This document shows, in pieces, positions 9,040 to 17,723 of a stretch of DNA of 64,000 bases. Source of the DNA: Candidatus Multivoradales bacterium (GTDB taxonomy: Bacteria > Acidobacteriota > Thermoanaerobaculia > Multivoradales > JAHEKO01); the NCBI GenBank assembly GCA_965248055.1, contig CBDFIJ010000004.1, forward strand, positions 1,632,001-1,696,000. The letters run 5' to 3'. The notes beneath the pieces are model-generated. The model did no database searches. It saw nothing but the letters and a program-made list of their open reading frames with translations, and had not been told where the DNA came from. Within the stretch, counting starts at the first letter, position 1, and the number at the start of each line of letters is the position of its first letter. The position numbers were made by a program, and so were the translations under genes.

Positions 9040-10292
9040 CGGAACTATTAATCCAAAACATAGCCGAGGTGGCAACCCCGACAGGTTCTGTACCGCGAAC
9101 CGGTGCCGAGCAGGGGCGTATTCAACGGATACCGGAAGCGGAGATCTTGCTCTCGCAGGGGCGTATTTCCTTTGTCGGGGATCGCCAACAGAGAATCGCG
9201 GTACACGGGGAGCTGCCTTCAACTCTGCGGTTGGACGCCACACGCGGAACTGTCGTTCCAGGATGGGTGGACCCTCACACCCATCTACCGTGGTCGGGTT
9301 CCCGGGAACACGAATTCGCCAAACGGTTGCACGGCGCGACCTATCAGGAGATCGCAGAGGCTGGCGGTGGAATCCTCGCCACTGTGCGGGCGACTCGTGA
9401 AGCGACGACCGAAGAACTGGCAATAGCGATGAACCCCCGACTGCACCAGATGTTGCGTTGGGGCACCACCACCGCTGAGGCCAAATCCGGGTACGGACTC
9501 ACCACCAAAGACGAACTCAAACAACTGGAAGCGATCCGGGTCGCCAGCGACAGCCAACCCCTGGACCTAGTACCCACCTTGATGGCAGCTCACGAAGTTC
9601 CACCCGAGTTTCGTGACCGGCCCCAGGACTATCTCGATCTGATAGCAAACGAAATCATTCCAGCAGTGGCCGCCAGCAGCCTGGCTCAATACTGCGATGT
9701 CTTCTGCGAGCACGGAGTGTTCACCGCTGAGCAATCTCTGCAAGTGCTAGAAGCCGGAGTTGAGCATGGCTTGAAACCGCGATTGCACGCCGACGAATTT
9801 GTCGACTCCGGCGGTGCCCGAGTCGCTGCACAGCTTGGAGCCGCCACCGCAGACCACTTGATCGCCGTTTCCGATCAAGGCATCGCCCAGTTGGCAGAGG
9901 CTGGCGTCACCGCAGTCTTGCTACCCGGAACCAGCTTCTTTCTAATGAAGCACCGCTACGCCCCCGCCCGCCGACTGATTGACGCTGGGGTGCCGGTAGC
10001 CCTGGCCACCGACTGCAATCCAGGCTCTTCCAATACCGAGTCGATCCCCGGCGTGATCACCCTCGCGGTTCTGGAAATGGGACTGACAGTAGAAGAAGCG
10101 CTGACTGCCACCACTCTCAACGCCGCCTGCAGCCTGGGGCTGGGAGAAGAGGTCGGTAGCGTGGAAGTCGGCAAGCGAGCTGATCTATTGATTCTTGAGT
10201 CAGCCAATGTATTTCACTTGGCTTACCACTTTGGGATCAACCCGGTTGGCACGGTGATCAAGGGTGGGCAGGTGGTTCACCAACAGACCTAG
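9036..10292 (+). CDS. hutI: Imidazolonepropionase
   Basis: VDPHTH, GGGILATVRATR, EAKSGYGL, DVFCE, LHADE, ALATDCNPGSS; start moved to ATG 9036 (ATGA overlap). Confidence 0.95.
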   Translation: MTELLIQNIAEVATPTGSVPRTGAEQGRIQRIPEAEILLSQGRISFVGDRQQRIAVHGELPSTLRLDATRGTVVPGWVDPHTHLPWSGSREHEFAKRLHGATYQEIAEAGGGILATVRATREATTEELAIAMNPRLHQMLRWGTTTAEAKSGYGLTTKDELKQLEAIRVASDSQPLDLVPTLMAAHEVPPEFRDRPQDYLDLIANEIIPAVAASSLAQYCDVFCEHGVFTAEQSLQVLEAGVEHGLKPRLHADEFVDSGGARVAAQLGAATADHLIAVSDQGIAQLAEAGVTAVLLPGTSFFLMKHRYAPARRLIDAGVPVALATDCNPGSSNTESIPGVITLAVLEMGLTVEEALTATTLNAACSLGLGEEVGSVEVGKRADLLILESANVFHLAYHFGINPVGTVIKGGQVVHQQT

Positions 10293-10296
10293 CGTG

Positions 10297-11226
10297 ATGA
10301 TGGAAGCAAAGACACCGGTTGAACGAGCTGCTGAGAGCACGCAGGGGCAACCCTCGCTGCTGCTTCCGGAGTGCGACGACAAGCGGATCCAGCAAGCGAC
10401 CCAGGTGGCAGCCGACCTGGGATTCTGTCAGCCGATCTTGTGGACCGCCGATCGGGTTCAAGGGGCGAGAGAGCGAGTGACCGCCCATCTCCAAGAGCGA
10501 CTCCAGGCGCGTGGCAAGAGCCCGGACAAAGCGGCCGAAATGGCGAATACCCCGTCCTACTCTGCTGCGTCAGCAGTGGCCCTGGGGCTGGCCGACGGCG
10601 CAATTATGGGCGCGCAATACACCTCCGGGGAGACCGTCCGAGCAGCGCTCACCGCAGTCGGGCTGAAGACCGGAAATTCAACCTTGAGTTCCTGCTTCTG
10701 GATGCTGCAGGAAGACCAGAATTGGATTTTCGCCGACGCCGCGGTGGTGCCCGACCCCAATCCTGAGCAGCTAGCTCAGATCGCATGTTTGGCCGCCAAC
10801 GCCTGCCGCCGTTACCTCAAACAAGATCCGGTAGTCGCTCTACTGTCGTTTTCCAGCCACGGCAGCGCAAACCACGCCAAAGTAGACAAGGTTCGAGCGG
10901 CAGTTGACCTGTTGCGCAAACAGCCGGTCGATTTCATGTTTGATGGAGAACTGCAACTCGACGCAGCAATCGTCCCCGAGGTCGCGGCCAGCAAGGCTCC
11001 CGAGAGCCCCCTCAAGGGAAGGGCCAACGTCTTGATCTTCCCCGACCTCGATGCCGGAAACATTGGCTACAAGCTGGTGCAGAGGATAGCTGGAGTCCGC
11101 GCGGTCGGCCCTTTGCTGATGGGATTGGCCAAGCCGATGCACGACCTTTCCCGAGGATGCTCGGTGGACGACATCGTCAAGGTCATGGCGGTGACCACTC
11201 TTGATGTGTTCGGAGAACGAAAATGA
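10297..11226 (+). CDS. pta: Phosphate acetyltransferase (short form)
   Basis: FADAAVVPDP, VALLSFSS, DGELQLDAA, FPDLDAGNIGYK, DLSRGCS. Confidence 0.9.
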   Translation: MMEAKTPVERAAESTQGQPSLLLPECDDKRIQQATQVAADLGFCQPILWTADRVQGARERVTAHLQERLQARGKSPDKAAEMANTPSYSAASAVALGLADGAIMGAQYTSGETVRAALTAVGLKTGNSTLSSCFWMLQEDQNWIFADAAVVPDPNPEQLAQIACLAANACRRYLKQDPVVALLSFSSHGSANHAKVDKVRAAVDLLRKQPVDFMFDGELQLDAAIVPEVAASKAPESPLKGRANVLIFPDLDAGNIGYKLVQRIAGVRAVGPLLMGLAKPMHDLSRGCSVDDIVKVMAVTTLDVFGERK

Positions 11227-12485
11227 AGACCTTGGTGGTCGGCAGCGGTGGGCGAGAACACGCCCTGGCGTGGCGACTCGCGCAAAGCGCTTCGGTGCGG
11301 CAGGTTTACTCCACCCCCGGCAACCCCGGGACCGCTGAAGTCGGGACCAATCTGGAAGCTCGCACGATTGCTGAAATCGTCGCCGCGGTTGAGGACTTGG
11401 ATATCGACCTCACCGTGGTCGGGCCGGAGGCTTTGCTGGTTGATGGATTAGTGGATCGTCTTCAAGCCGCCGGTCGATTGGCGTGTGGTCCGGTCGCCAA
11501 GGCCGCAAGATTAGAAGGTAGCAAAGCCTTCGCCAAGAAGTTTATGCAGCAGATGCAAATCCCGACCGCGAACTACCGGGTCGAGAGCGACGAAGCCGGA
11601 GTGTATTCAGCGGTTGCCGAGTTCGGCTGCCCGGTAGTGATCAAGGCTGACGGCTTGGCAGCCGGTAAAGGGGTTGTCATCGTCGAAAACCCAGAAGATC
11701 TAGCCTCTACCGTCAAAATGTTCTTCTCCGAAAATAGATTCGGAGCTAGCGCCGACCAGGTGGTGGTCGAGGAGTTCTTAGCCGGCGAGGAAGTGTCGTT
11801 TATCGCCCTTTGTGACGGGACTAGAGCGGTGCCCTGGGCCGCAAGCAAGGACTATAAGCGGGTCAATGAAGGCGACCTAGGGCCGAACACCGGAGGTATG
11901 GGAGCTCACAGTCCCGACGGATTCTTATCTGAAAGTCAAAGTCACTTGGTCATGGATCAGGTCATGCAACCGGTGTTGGCGGCAATGACTGACGCGGGTT
12001 CTCCGTTTCGCGGATTTCTCTACGCGGGCCTAATCCTCACCGACAACGGCCCCAAAGTACTGGAATTCAACGTCAGGCTTGGTGATCCGGAAGCTCAGCC
12101 CTTGCTTTTGCGCATGGTTGGGGATCTAGGCGAGGTCTTGTCTGCGGCGGCGTGCGGTAACTTGGACTCAACCAGCGTCCAGTTTTCGACCGAGGCCGCT
12201 GGCTGCGTGGTTCTTGCCGCCCACGGTTACCCCGACAGCCCGCGATCCGGGGATCCGATCGGTGGCTTGGCCGAGGCCCGCGAAACCGGGGCGGTGGTCT
12301 TTCACGCCGGCACTCGGCTGGATCAACAGCGTCTTCAAACATCTGGGGGCCGCGTTCTCAATGTCTGCGCCACCGCACCCGATATCCACCAAGCCTTGGA
12401 CCAAGCCTATCGAGCTGCCGAGCTGATTCAGTTTGAAGGCAAACATTACCGACGCGACCTAGGGGCTCGGGTCAGCAAATCGTGA
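11223..12485 (+). CDS. purD: Phosphoribosylamine-glycine ligase
   Basis: GSGGREHAL, LEGSKAFAK, KADGLAAGKGV, GPNTGGMGA, EFNVRLGDPE. Confidence 0.97.
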   Translation: MKTLVVGSGGREHALAWRLAQSASVRQVYSTPGNPGTAEVGTNLEARTIAEIVAAVEDLDIDLTVVGPEALLVDGLVDRLQAAGRLACGPVAKAARLEGSKAFAKKFMQQMQIPTANYRVESDEAGVYSAVAEFGCPVVIKADGLAAGKGVVIVENPEDLASTVKMFFSENRFGASADQVVVEEFLAGEEVSFIALCDGTRAVPWAASKDYKRVNEGDLGPNTGGMGAHSPDGFLSESQSHLVMDQVMQPVLAAMTDAGSPFRGFLYAGLILTDNGPKVLEFNVRLGDPEAQPLLLRMVGDLGEVLSAAACGNLDSTSVQFSTEAAGCVVLAAHGYPDSPRSGDPIGGLAEARETGAVVFHAGTRLDQQRLQTSGGRVLNVCATAPDIHQALDQAYRAAELIQFEGKHYRRDLGARVSKS

Positions 12486-12527
12486 GCCACTGCCGTTTTG
12501 GACCGAGTGCGATCGAGACAGCCTTGC

Positions 12528-12556
12528 TTGACGCCTAGCCAGGGGTGCGGAACAAT
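12528..12556 (+). promoter_or_regulatory. Putative sigma70 promoter of ricT-hfq-pdxA
   Basis: TTGACG-N17-AACAAT in the intergenic region. Confidence 0.45.
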
Positions 12557-12620
12557 TCCTTCGGTCCATGTTTCTTGGTGAGAAAACCGATTGGGCACAA
12601 GATGCCTGAGGGACACTTAG

Positions 12621-13340
12621 ATGAGTGATTGCAGCGGATGCTCGTTTGTCGGTAGTTCAACTGCGCTGGAAAACGCCTTTGTTGGCGTCCGGTTCCGGGA
12701 CGAACCCCAGTTGACCCTGTGCTCTAGCGGTGAAGAAATCTACCATCGAGGCTCCACTGTGATTGTCGACTTGGGAACCGATCATGCTTGTGGCACCGTC
12801 GAACAGTCACCAATGCCGGTGTTCAAGCCTTGCCACAAATCCTCCGCACGGCCGATTCTGCGAGCCACCACGTCAGAAGATCGGTCGGCGTACGACCGTC
12901 AACTCAATAACGAAGACACCATCCACCGCTACGCGCGTGAACAGGTGCGCATTCTCAAGCTCGAGATGAAAGCTTCTAAGATCGAGTGCGATCTGCAAGG
13001 CAAAATGGCGACCGTCTATTTCACCTCGGATGATCGTGTGGATTTCCGCGGATTTGTGTCAAGAATTGTAGAACGCTTCAAATTACGCGTTCATATGCAA
13101 CAATTAGGGCCACGGGACGAGGCCAAGCTAATCGGAGGAATTGGTACTTGCGGTCGGACCCTGTGTTGCTCGTCTTGGATGAAGGGTTTTCGACCGATCT
13201 CGATACGCATGGCAAAAAGACAAGGGCTCAGTCTCAACCCGTCCAAAATCTCCGGTCAATGTGGTCGGCTCTTGTGCTGTCTGTCCCACGAGAATAATCA
13301 GTACCCGTCGACCAAGAAGAGGGCTGGCGTCACCGCGTAG
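12621..13340 (+). CDS. ricT: PSP1-domain / RicT(YaaT)-like Fe-S protein
   Basis: YFTSDDRVDFR, RDEAKLIGGIGTCGRTLCC, MAKRQGLSLNPSKISGQCGRLLCCL. Confidence 0.88.
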   Translation: MSDCSGCSFVGSSTALENAFVGVRFRDEPQLTLCSSGEEIYHRGSTVIVDLGTDHACGTVEQSPMPVFKPCHKSSARPILRATTSEDRSAYDRQLNNEDTIHRYAREQVRILKLEMKASKIECDLQGKMATVYFTSDDRVDFRGFVSRIVERFKLRVHMQQLGPRDEAKLIGGIGTCGRTLCCSSWMKGFRPISIRMAKRQGLSLNPSKISGQCGRLLCCLSHENNQYPSTKKRAGVTA

Positions 13341-13357
13341 CAAGAGAGGAATATTCG

Positions 13358-13675
13358 ATGGCAACCAGAAAACTCATAAGACCCGACACTTCCGAAATTC
13401 GGCGCGACGCTGGACGCTCGGTACGCCGCAAGCAAGCACCTCCAGAGCAAACTAACGCCGAAGAGTTCTACTACCTCAAGCAGATGGCTGCTCAGACCCC
13501 CATGGTGTTGGTTCTCGATGATGGCGAGGAGCTGGTTGGATCGATCGAGTGGTACGACAAGAACTCACTCAAACTAAACCGCAACAAAGCACCTAATCTC
13601 ATTCTATTCAAAAAGAACATCCGCTACATGTTCAAGGAAGAGGAGCGGAAACGAAACCGCCAGCGCACCCGCTAA
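13358..13675 (+). CDS. hfq: Hfq-like RNA chaperone (Sm fold) with basic N- and C-tails
   Basis: EEFYY...TPMVLVLDDGEELVGSIEWYDKNSLKL...LILFKKNI matches the Hfq Sm1/Sm2 layout; GAGG RBS. Confidence 0.75.
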   Translation: MATRKLIRPDTSEIRRDAGRSVRRKQAPPEQTNAEEFYYLKQMAAQTPMVLVLDDGEELVGSIEWYDKNSLKLNRNKAPNLILFKKNIRYMFKEEERKRNRQRTR

Positions 13676-14709
13676 TCGCGATCACCCACGGTGACCCAGC
13701 TGGAGTAGGCCCAGAGGTCGCCCTACAGGCAATGTTCTCCAGTCAGTCGGAAACCCGACTGCTACTGGTAACGGAGCACTCGGTGGTTGATTTTTGGCGA
13801 CAACGCCACCCGGAATGGCCGTGGCGTCGCCTGCAATGGTTGGCAGACCCCAGTGAGGTGATCGAACCCGGTCAGATCGGTATCGTTGATCTGGGTATCT
13901 CTGATCTGGCTACTACTGATCTGGGCGCTCTCGATCCAAACACCTCGAATCTGGACACCACCGGCTTGACAATGGTGCCAGGAGTGCCTTCAACTGCTGG
14001 AGCGGCCAGCGCTTTGCGAGCGATTCAAGCGGCTTCTACCTGGGCGCTGTCTGCGGTGGTCGACGGAATCGTCACCGCGCCGGTTTCCAAGATCGCGATC
14101 GCCAAAGCCATTGACCCCACCTTTCGTGGACATACCGACTACCTTGCCCAAGCTGCTGGCTTGGAGGGCTACGGCCAAGACTACCTGATGGCGTTTCTCG
14201 CCGAAGACCTCAACGTCGTACTACACAGTGTACACTTGCCCCTGCGTCAAGCATTTGACTCGATCACCACAGATTCCATCGTCCGGGGACTGCGCTGCCT
14301 GGACCGCCATCGACCCAAGTCACGGATCGCCGTTGCCGGGGTCAATCCCCATGCTGGAGAGCAAGGGCTATTGGGGTTGGAGGATCAAGAAATCGTGGCA
14401 CCGGCGGTGCAGCAGGCGACGCAGCTTGGAATCAACGTTTCAGGCCCCCACAGCCCGGACTCGCTATTCGCTCGAGCCCGAAGCGGCGAATTTGATTGGG
14501 TCTATGCGTTGTATCACGATCAGGGGCTGATTGCGGTCAAAACCATCGGCTTCGGAAATGCCACCAATTGGACTCTGGGACTACCCTATGTTCGCGTTTC
14601 GGTAGACCACGGCACCGCTTATGACATCGCGGGAAAAGGCGTCGCAGACTTCGCACCGATGCAGCGGGCACTGGCCACCGCTACACAGTTGCTCGAAGAG
14701 CGAAAATAG
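13651..14709 (+). CDS. pdxA: 4-hydroxythreonine-4-phosphate dehydrogenase PdxA
   Basis: ITHGDPAGVGPE lies in frame upstream of the ORF-track start 13732; also TAPVSK, GHTDYL, VNPHAGE, YHDQGLI, RVSVDHGTAYDIAGKG. Start placed tentatively at ACG 13651. Confidence 0.9.
   Translation, partial: TKPPAHPLIAITHGDPAGVGPEVALQAMFSSQSETRLLLVTEHSVVDFWRQRHPEWPWRRLQWLADPSEVIEPGQIGIVDLGISDLATTDLGALDPNTSNLDTTGLTMVPGVPSTAGAASALRAIQAASTWALSAVVDGIVTAPVSKIAIAKAIDPTFRGHTDYLAQAAGLEGYGQDYLMAFLAEDLNVVLHSVHLPLRQAFDSITTDSIVRGLRCLDRHRPKSRIAVAGVNPHAGEQGLLGLEDQEIVAPAVQQATQLGINVSGPHSPDSLFARARSGEFDWVYALYHDQGLIAVKTIGFGNATNWTLGLPYVRVSVDHGTAYDIAGKGVADFAPMQRALATATQLLEERK
13888..13962 (+). repeat. Degenerate 15-bp tandem repeat (5 units) within pdxA
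   Basis: GATCTGGGTATCTCT / GATCTGGCTACTACT / GATCTGGGCGCTCTC / GATCCAAACACCTCG / AATCTGGACACCACC. Confidence 0.75.
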
Positions 14710-14823
14710 CAAGAATCTGGTCGGAAATCTCCACCCCTCCGACTGCTAAACTGACCCTGGGCCGTCTCGCGGGACCGTCTCGCAGACGGTCCCCTGAACT
14801 CTTTCTCGGAATCGGCTTTCATT

Positions 14824-16101
14824 ATGCTCGCTCGCGACCATCTCCGCTCAAATAACGACCAACTGCGACAAGGTCTAAGCGCACGAGGGTTCGACCTGGA
14901 ACTCTTAGACCAATGGATCGATCAAGATCGCCAACGACGACAACTCTTAGTGCAGGTTGAGGAGGCCAAACAACAGCGAAACACCGCCAGCAAGGCGATT
15001 GGAATCCGCAAGCAACAGGGGCAAGACGCAGACGCCGAGATTGCCCAAGTGGGAGCGCTCAAGACAGAAATCTCGGCGATCGAAGAGAAACTCAGCAACC
15101 TTACTGACATTTTGGGTGATGCCGAGCTTTCCTTCCCCAATCTGACCCACGACAGTGTTCCCGTTGGGGTTGACGAATCCGACAACCGAGTGGAACGAAC
15201 TGTCGGTGATCTGACTCAGCTGGAGTTCGAAGCGCAAGCGCACTGGGATTTGGGAACCCAACTGGGAATCCTGGACTTTGAGCGCGCAGCCAAAATCTCT
15301 GGCGCCCGTTTCGTGGTCTATATGGGGGCCGGTGCGCTTCTGGAGCGAGCTCTAATTCAGTTCATGCTCGACGTGCAAACTCGGGAACACGGCTACACCG
15401 AAGTGATTCCACCGTTCATGGTCAATAGCAAGGCGCTGGTTGGCACCGGCCAATTGCCGAAGTTTGGCGAAGATCTGTTTCATATCGATGGTGGTCGTTT
15501 TCACCTGGTGCCGACCGCGGAAGTTCCGCTCACCAACCTGCACGCTCGAGAGGTTCTGAATCACGCGGACCTACCGATTCGCTATACCGCCTACACCCCG
15601 TGTTTTCGGGCCGAGGCTGGCTCCTATGGCAAAGACGTTCGCGGACTGATTCGTCTGCATCAGTTCAACAAGGTGGAGTTGGTCGCAATCACCGACGCAG
15701 ACTCAAGCTATGCGATGCACGAGACTTTGACCTCCCACGCGGAGTCCATCCTGCAACGGTTGGACCTTCCCTATCGGGTCGTGACTCTGTCCACGGGTGA
15801 CACGGGGTTTTCCGCCGCTAAGACCTACGACCTGGAGGTTTGGTTGCCAGGACAGAACGCCTATCGCGAGATCTCTTCCTGCAGCAACTGTGAGGCTTTT
15901 CAGGCGCGTAGAGCCGGCATTCGCTATCGAGACCCGAACGGCAGCAACCGCTACGCCCACACCTTAAATGGCTCTGGCCTAGCGGTCGGGCGCACCGTCG
16001 TTGGCATCCTTGAGAACTACCAGCAAGCCGACGGATCGATCGCGGTTCCAAAGGTCTTGCAGCCGTACATGGGCGGCTTGGAGAAGATCACCGGTCGCTA
16101 G
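14824..16101 (+). CDS. serS: Serine--tRNA ligase
   Basis: [54 protein letters not shown]. Confidence 0.98.
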   Translation: MLARDHLRSNNDQLRQGLSARGFDLELLDQWIDQDRQRRQLLVQVEEAKQQRNTASKAIGIRKQQGQDADAEIAQVGALKTEISAIEEKLSNLTDILGDAELSFPNLTHDSVPVGVDESDNRVERTVGDLTQLEFEAQAHWDLGTQLGILDFERAAKISGARFVVYMGAGALLERALIQFMLDVQTREHGYTEVIPPFMVNSKALVGTGQLPKFGEDLFHIDGGRFHLVPTAEVPLTNLHAREVLNHADLPIRYTAYTPCFRAEAGSYGKDVRGLIRLHQFNKVELVAITDADSSYAMHETLTSHAESILQRLDLPYRVVTLSTGDTGFSAAKTYDLEVWLPGQNAYREISSCSNCEAFQARRAGIRYRDPNGSNRYAHTLNGSGLAVGRTVVGILENYQQADGSIAVPKVLQPYMGGLEKITGR

Positions 16102-16110
16102 CCGCTTGAG

Positions 16111-17685
16111 TCAGTCGGGCAACGCCTCAACCGCTGCCATTTCTGCCCGCAATTCGCGCTTCAAGATCTTGCCGGTGGCACTCAGCGGCAACTGATCCCT
16201 CACTTCCACTCGGCGGGGATATTTGTAGGCGGCCAATCGATCTCGGCACCATGTAATGAGTTGACTTGGCTGCACAGCGATACCGTTCTTGGCGTCGCCG
16301 CTCTTGGCCACCACCAGGGCCACGATTTCCTCTCCCAGACGCGGATCGGGGACCCCGATGACCGCCGCCAGTGAAACCTCGGGATGCTCCAGCAACACTT
16401 CCTCGATCTCGCGCGGATAGACGTTGAATCCACCGCGTATGATCATGTCCTTGGTTCGATCGACGATATAAAAGTAGCCATCTTGGTCCATCCAACCGAC
16501 ATCGCCGGTGTGAAACCATCCACCGCGCAAGGCTTCAGCATTGGCTTCTGGCCGCCGATAGTAGCCCTTCATCACATTGGAGCCACGAATCACGACTTCT
16601 CCGGTTTCCCCAGCCGCCACTGGTTGATCCTCGTCGTTCACGATCTGCATCTCAACCCCAGCAATCGGTGTCCCCACGCTACCCGGCTTTCTCTCTTTGT
16701 CCAGATGATTGAAACTGGCCACCGGAGCGGTCTCTGAAAGCCCGTATCCTTCCAAGATCGGAACTTCAAAACGCTCTTCGAACTCCTTAAGCACAGCCAA
16801 CGGCAACGAAGCACCACCCGAGAGACACAGCCGTAGACCAGAGCGCAACACCTGATCTTTGGACGGATCCTTTGCGGTCTGCAGCAACCCCCAGTACATC
16901 GTCGGAACCCCACCGAAAACTGTCACCTGATATCGACACATTGCGTCGATGGCTGCCTGGGGTTCAAACCGAGCCTCAAGAACCAAGGCTGCCCCAGACA
17001 CCATCCCACTGTTCATCAGCACCGACTGACCGAACGAATGAAACAACGGCAACGGAACGTAGACCACGTCCTCGGTGGTGAAACGACACATTGAGGCGGT
17101 CGCTTCGGCATTGCTCAGCAAATTGCCATGACTCAGCTCAGCGCCCTTGGGTCTGCCAGTGGTTCCTGAAGTGTAAAGAATGACCGCCGTGTCCTGAGGA
17201 TCGATCTCCGGGTAGTCAACAGTGCCGACCCCAGAAATCAACCCATCAATCAAGGCGGTGCCTTGCGGAAACGGATCGCGGCTGCCGATACCAATCAACA
17301 GGTCGCACTGCGCCACTTGGTCAAACCCCGCGGTCGCCTCGACCCCCATCGGCAACTCTTGAGAACCGGAGAAACACAACAGGGCTCGCGCCTCAGAATC
17401 CTGCAGATGGTAGGCAACCTCCCGGCGCTTGAGCAAGATATTCAGCGGCACCACCACTGAACCCGCTTTCAAGATCCCGAAATAGGCGACCGGAAACACT
17501 GGCAAGTTGGGACACATCAACGCGACCTTGTCCCCCGCCTCAATCCCCCGCTCAATCAGCGCACTAGCCAGATAATCCGAAGAGCGATCCAACTCATCAA
17601 ACGTCAGAACTCCTGCCGCCACATACACTGCGACTCTATCGGGCCACTGAAAAGCTCCGCTACGAGCAATCGATGCCAAGTCCAA
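16111..17685 (-). CDS. Long-chain fatty-acid--CoA ligase
   Basis: AMP-binding YTSGTTGRPKG, EGYGLSE, FHTGD, DRTKDMIIRGG, TGKILK. Confidence 0.92.
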   Translation of the reverse strand: MDLASIARSGAFQWPDRVAVYVAAGVLTFDELDRSSDYLASALIERGIEAGDKVALMCPNLPVFPVAYFGILKAGSVVVPLNILLKRREVAYHLQDSEARALLCFSGSQELPMGVEATAGFDQVAQCDLLIGIGSRDPFPQGTALIDGLISGVGTVDYPEIDPQDTAVILYTSGTTGRPKGAELSHGNLLSNAEATASMCRFTTEDVVYVPLPLFHSFGQSVLMNSGMVSGAALVLEARFEPQAAIDAMCRYQVTVFGGVPTMYWGLLQTAKDPSKDQVLRSGLRLCLSGGASLPLAVLKEFEERFEVPILEGYGLSETAPVASFNHLDKERKPGSVGTPIAGVEMQIVNDEDQPVAAGETGEVVIRGSNVMKGYYRRPEANAEALRGGWFHTGDVGWMDQDGYFYIVDRTKDMIIRGGFNVYPREIEEVLLEHPEVSLAAVIGVPDPRLGEEIVALVVAKSGDAKNGIAVQPSQLITWCRDRLAAYKYPRRVEVRDQLPLSATGKILKRELRAEMAAVEALPD

Positions 17686-17723
17686 CGTCGGGCCTCCTTA
17701 GAACAAAAGCAAGTGTACCGCTC

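Noticed and set aside
9036-10292. hutI without hutH/hutU/hutG as a novel pathway
   Set aside because: All HutI motifs are canonical, and the other hut genes may lie elsewhere in the genome.
13604-13620. Programmed -1 frameshift fusing hfq to pdxA at TTC-AAA-AAG
   Set aside because: C_AAA_AAG is not a canonical X_XXY_YYZ heptamer and would truncate the Hfq Sm2 motif; the SD + ACG explanation is simpler.
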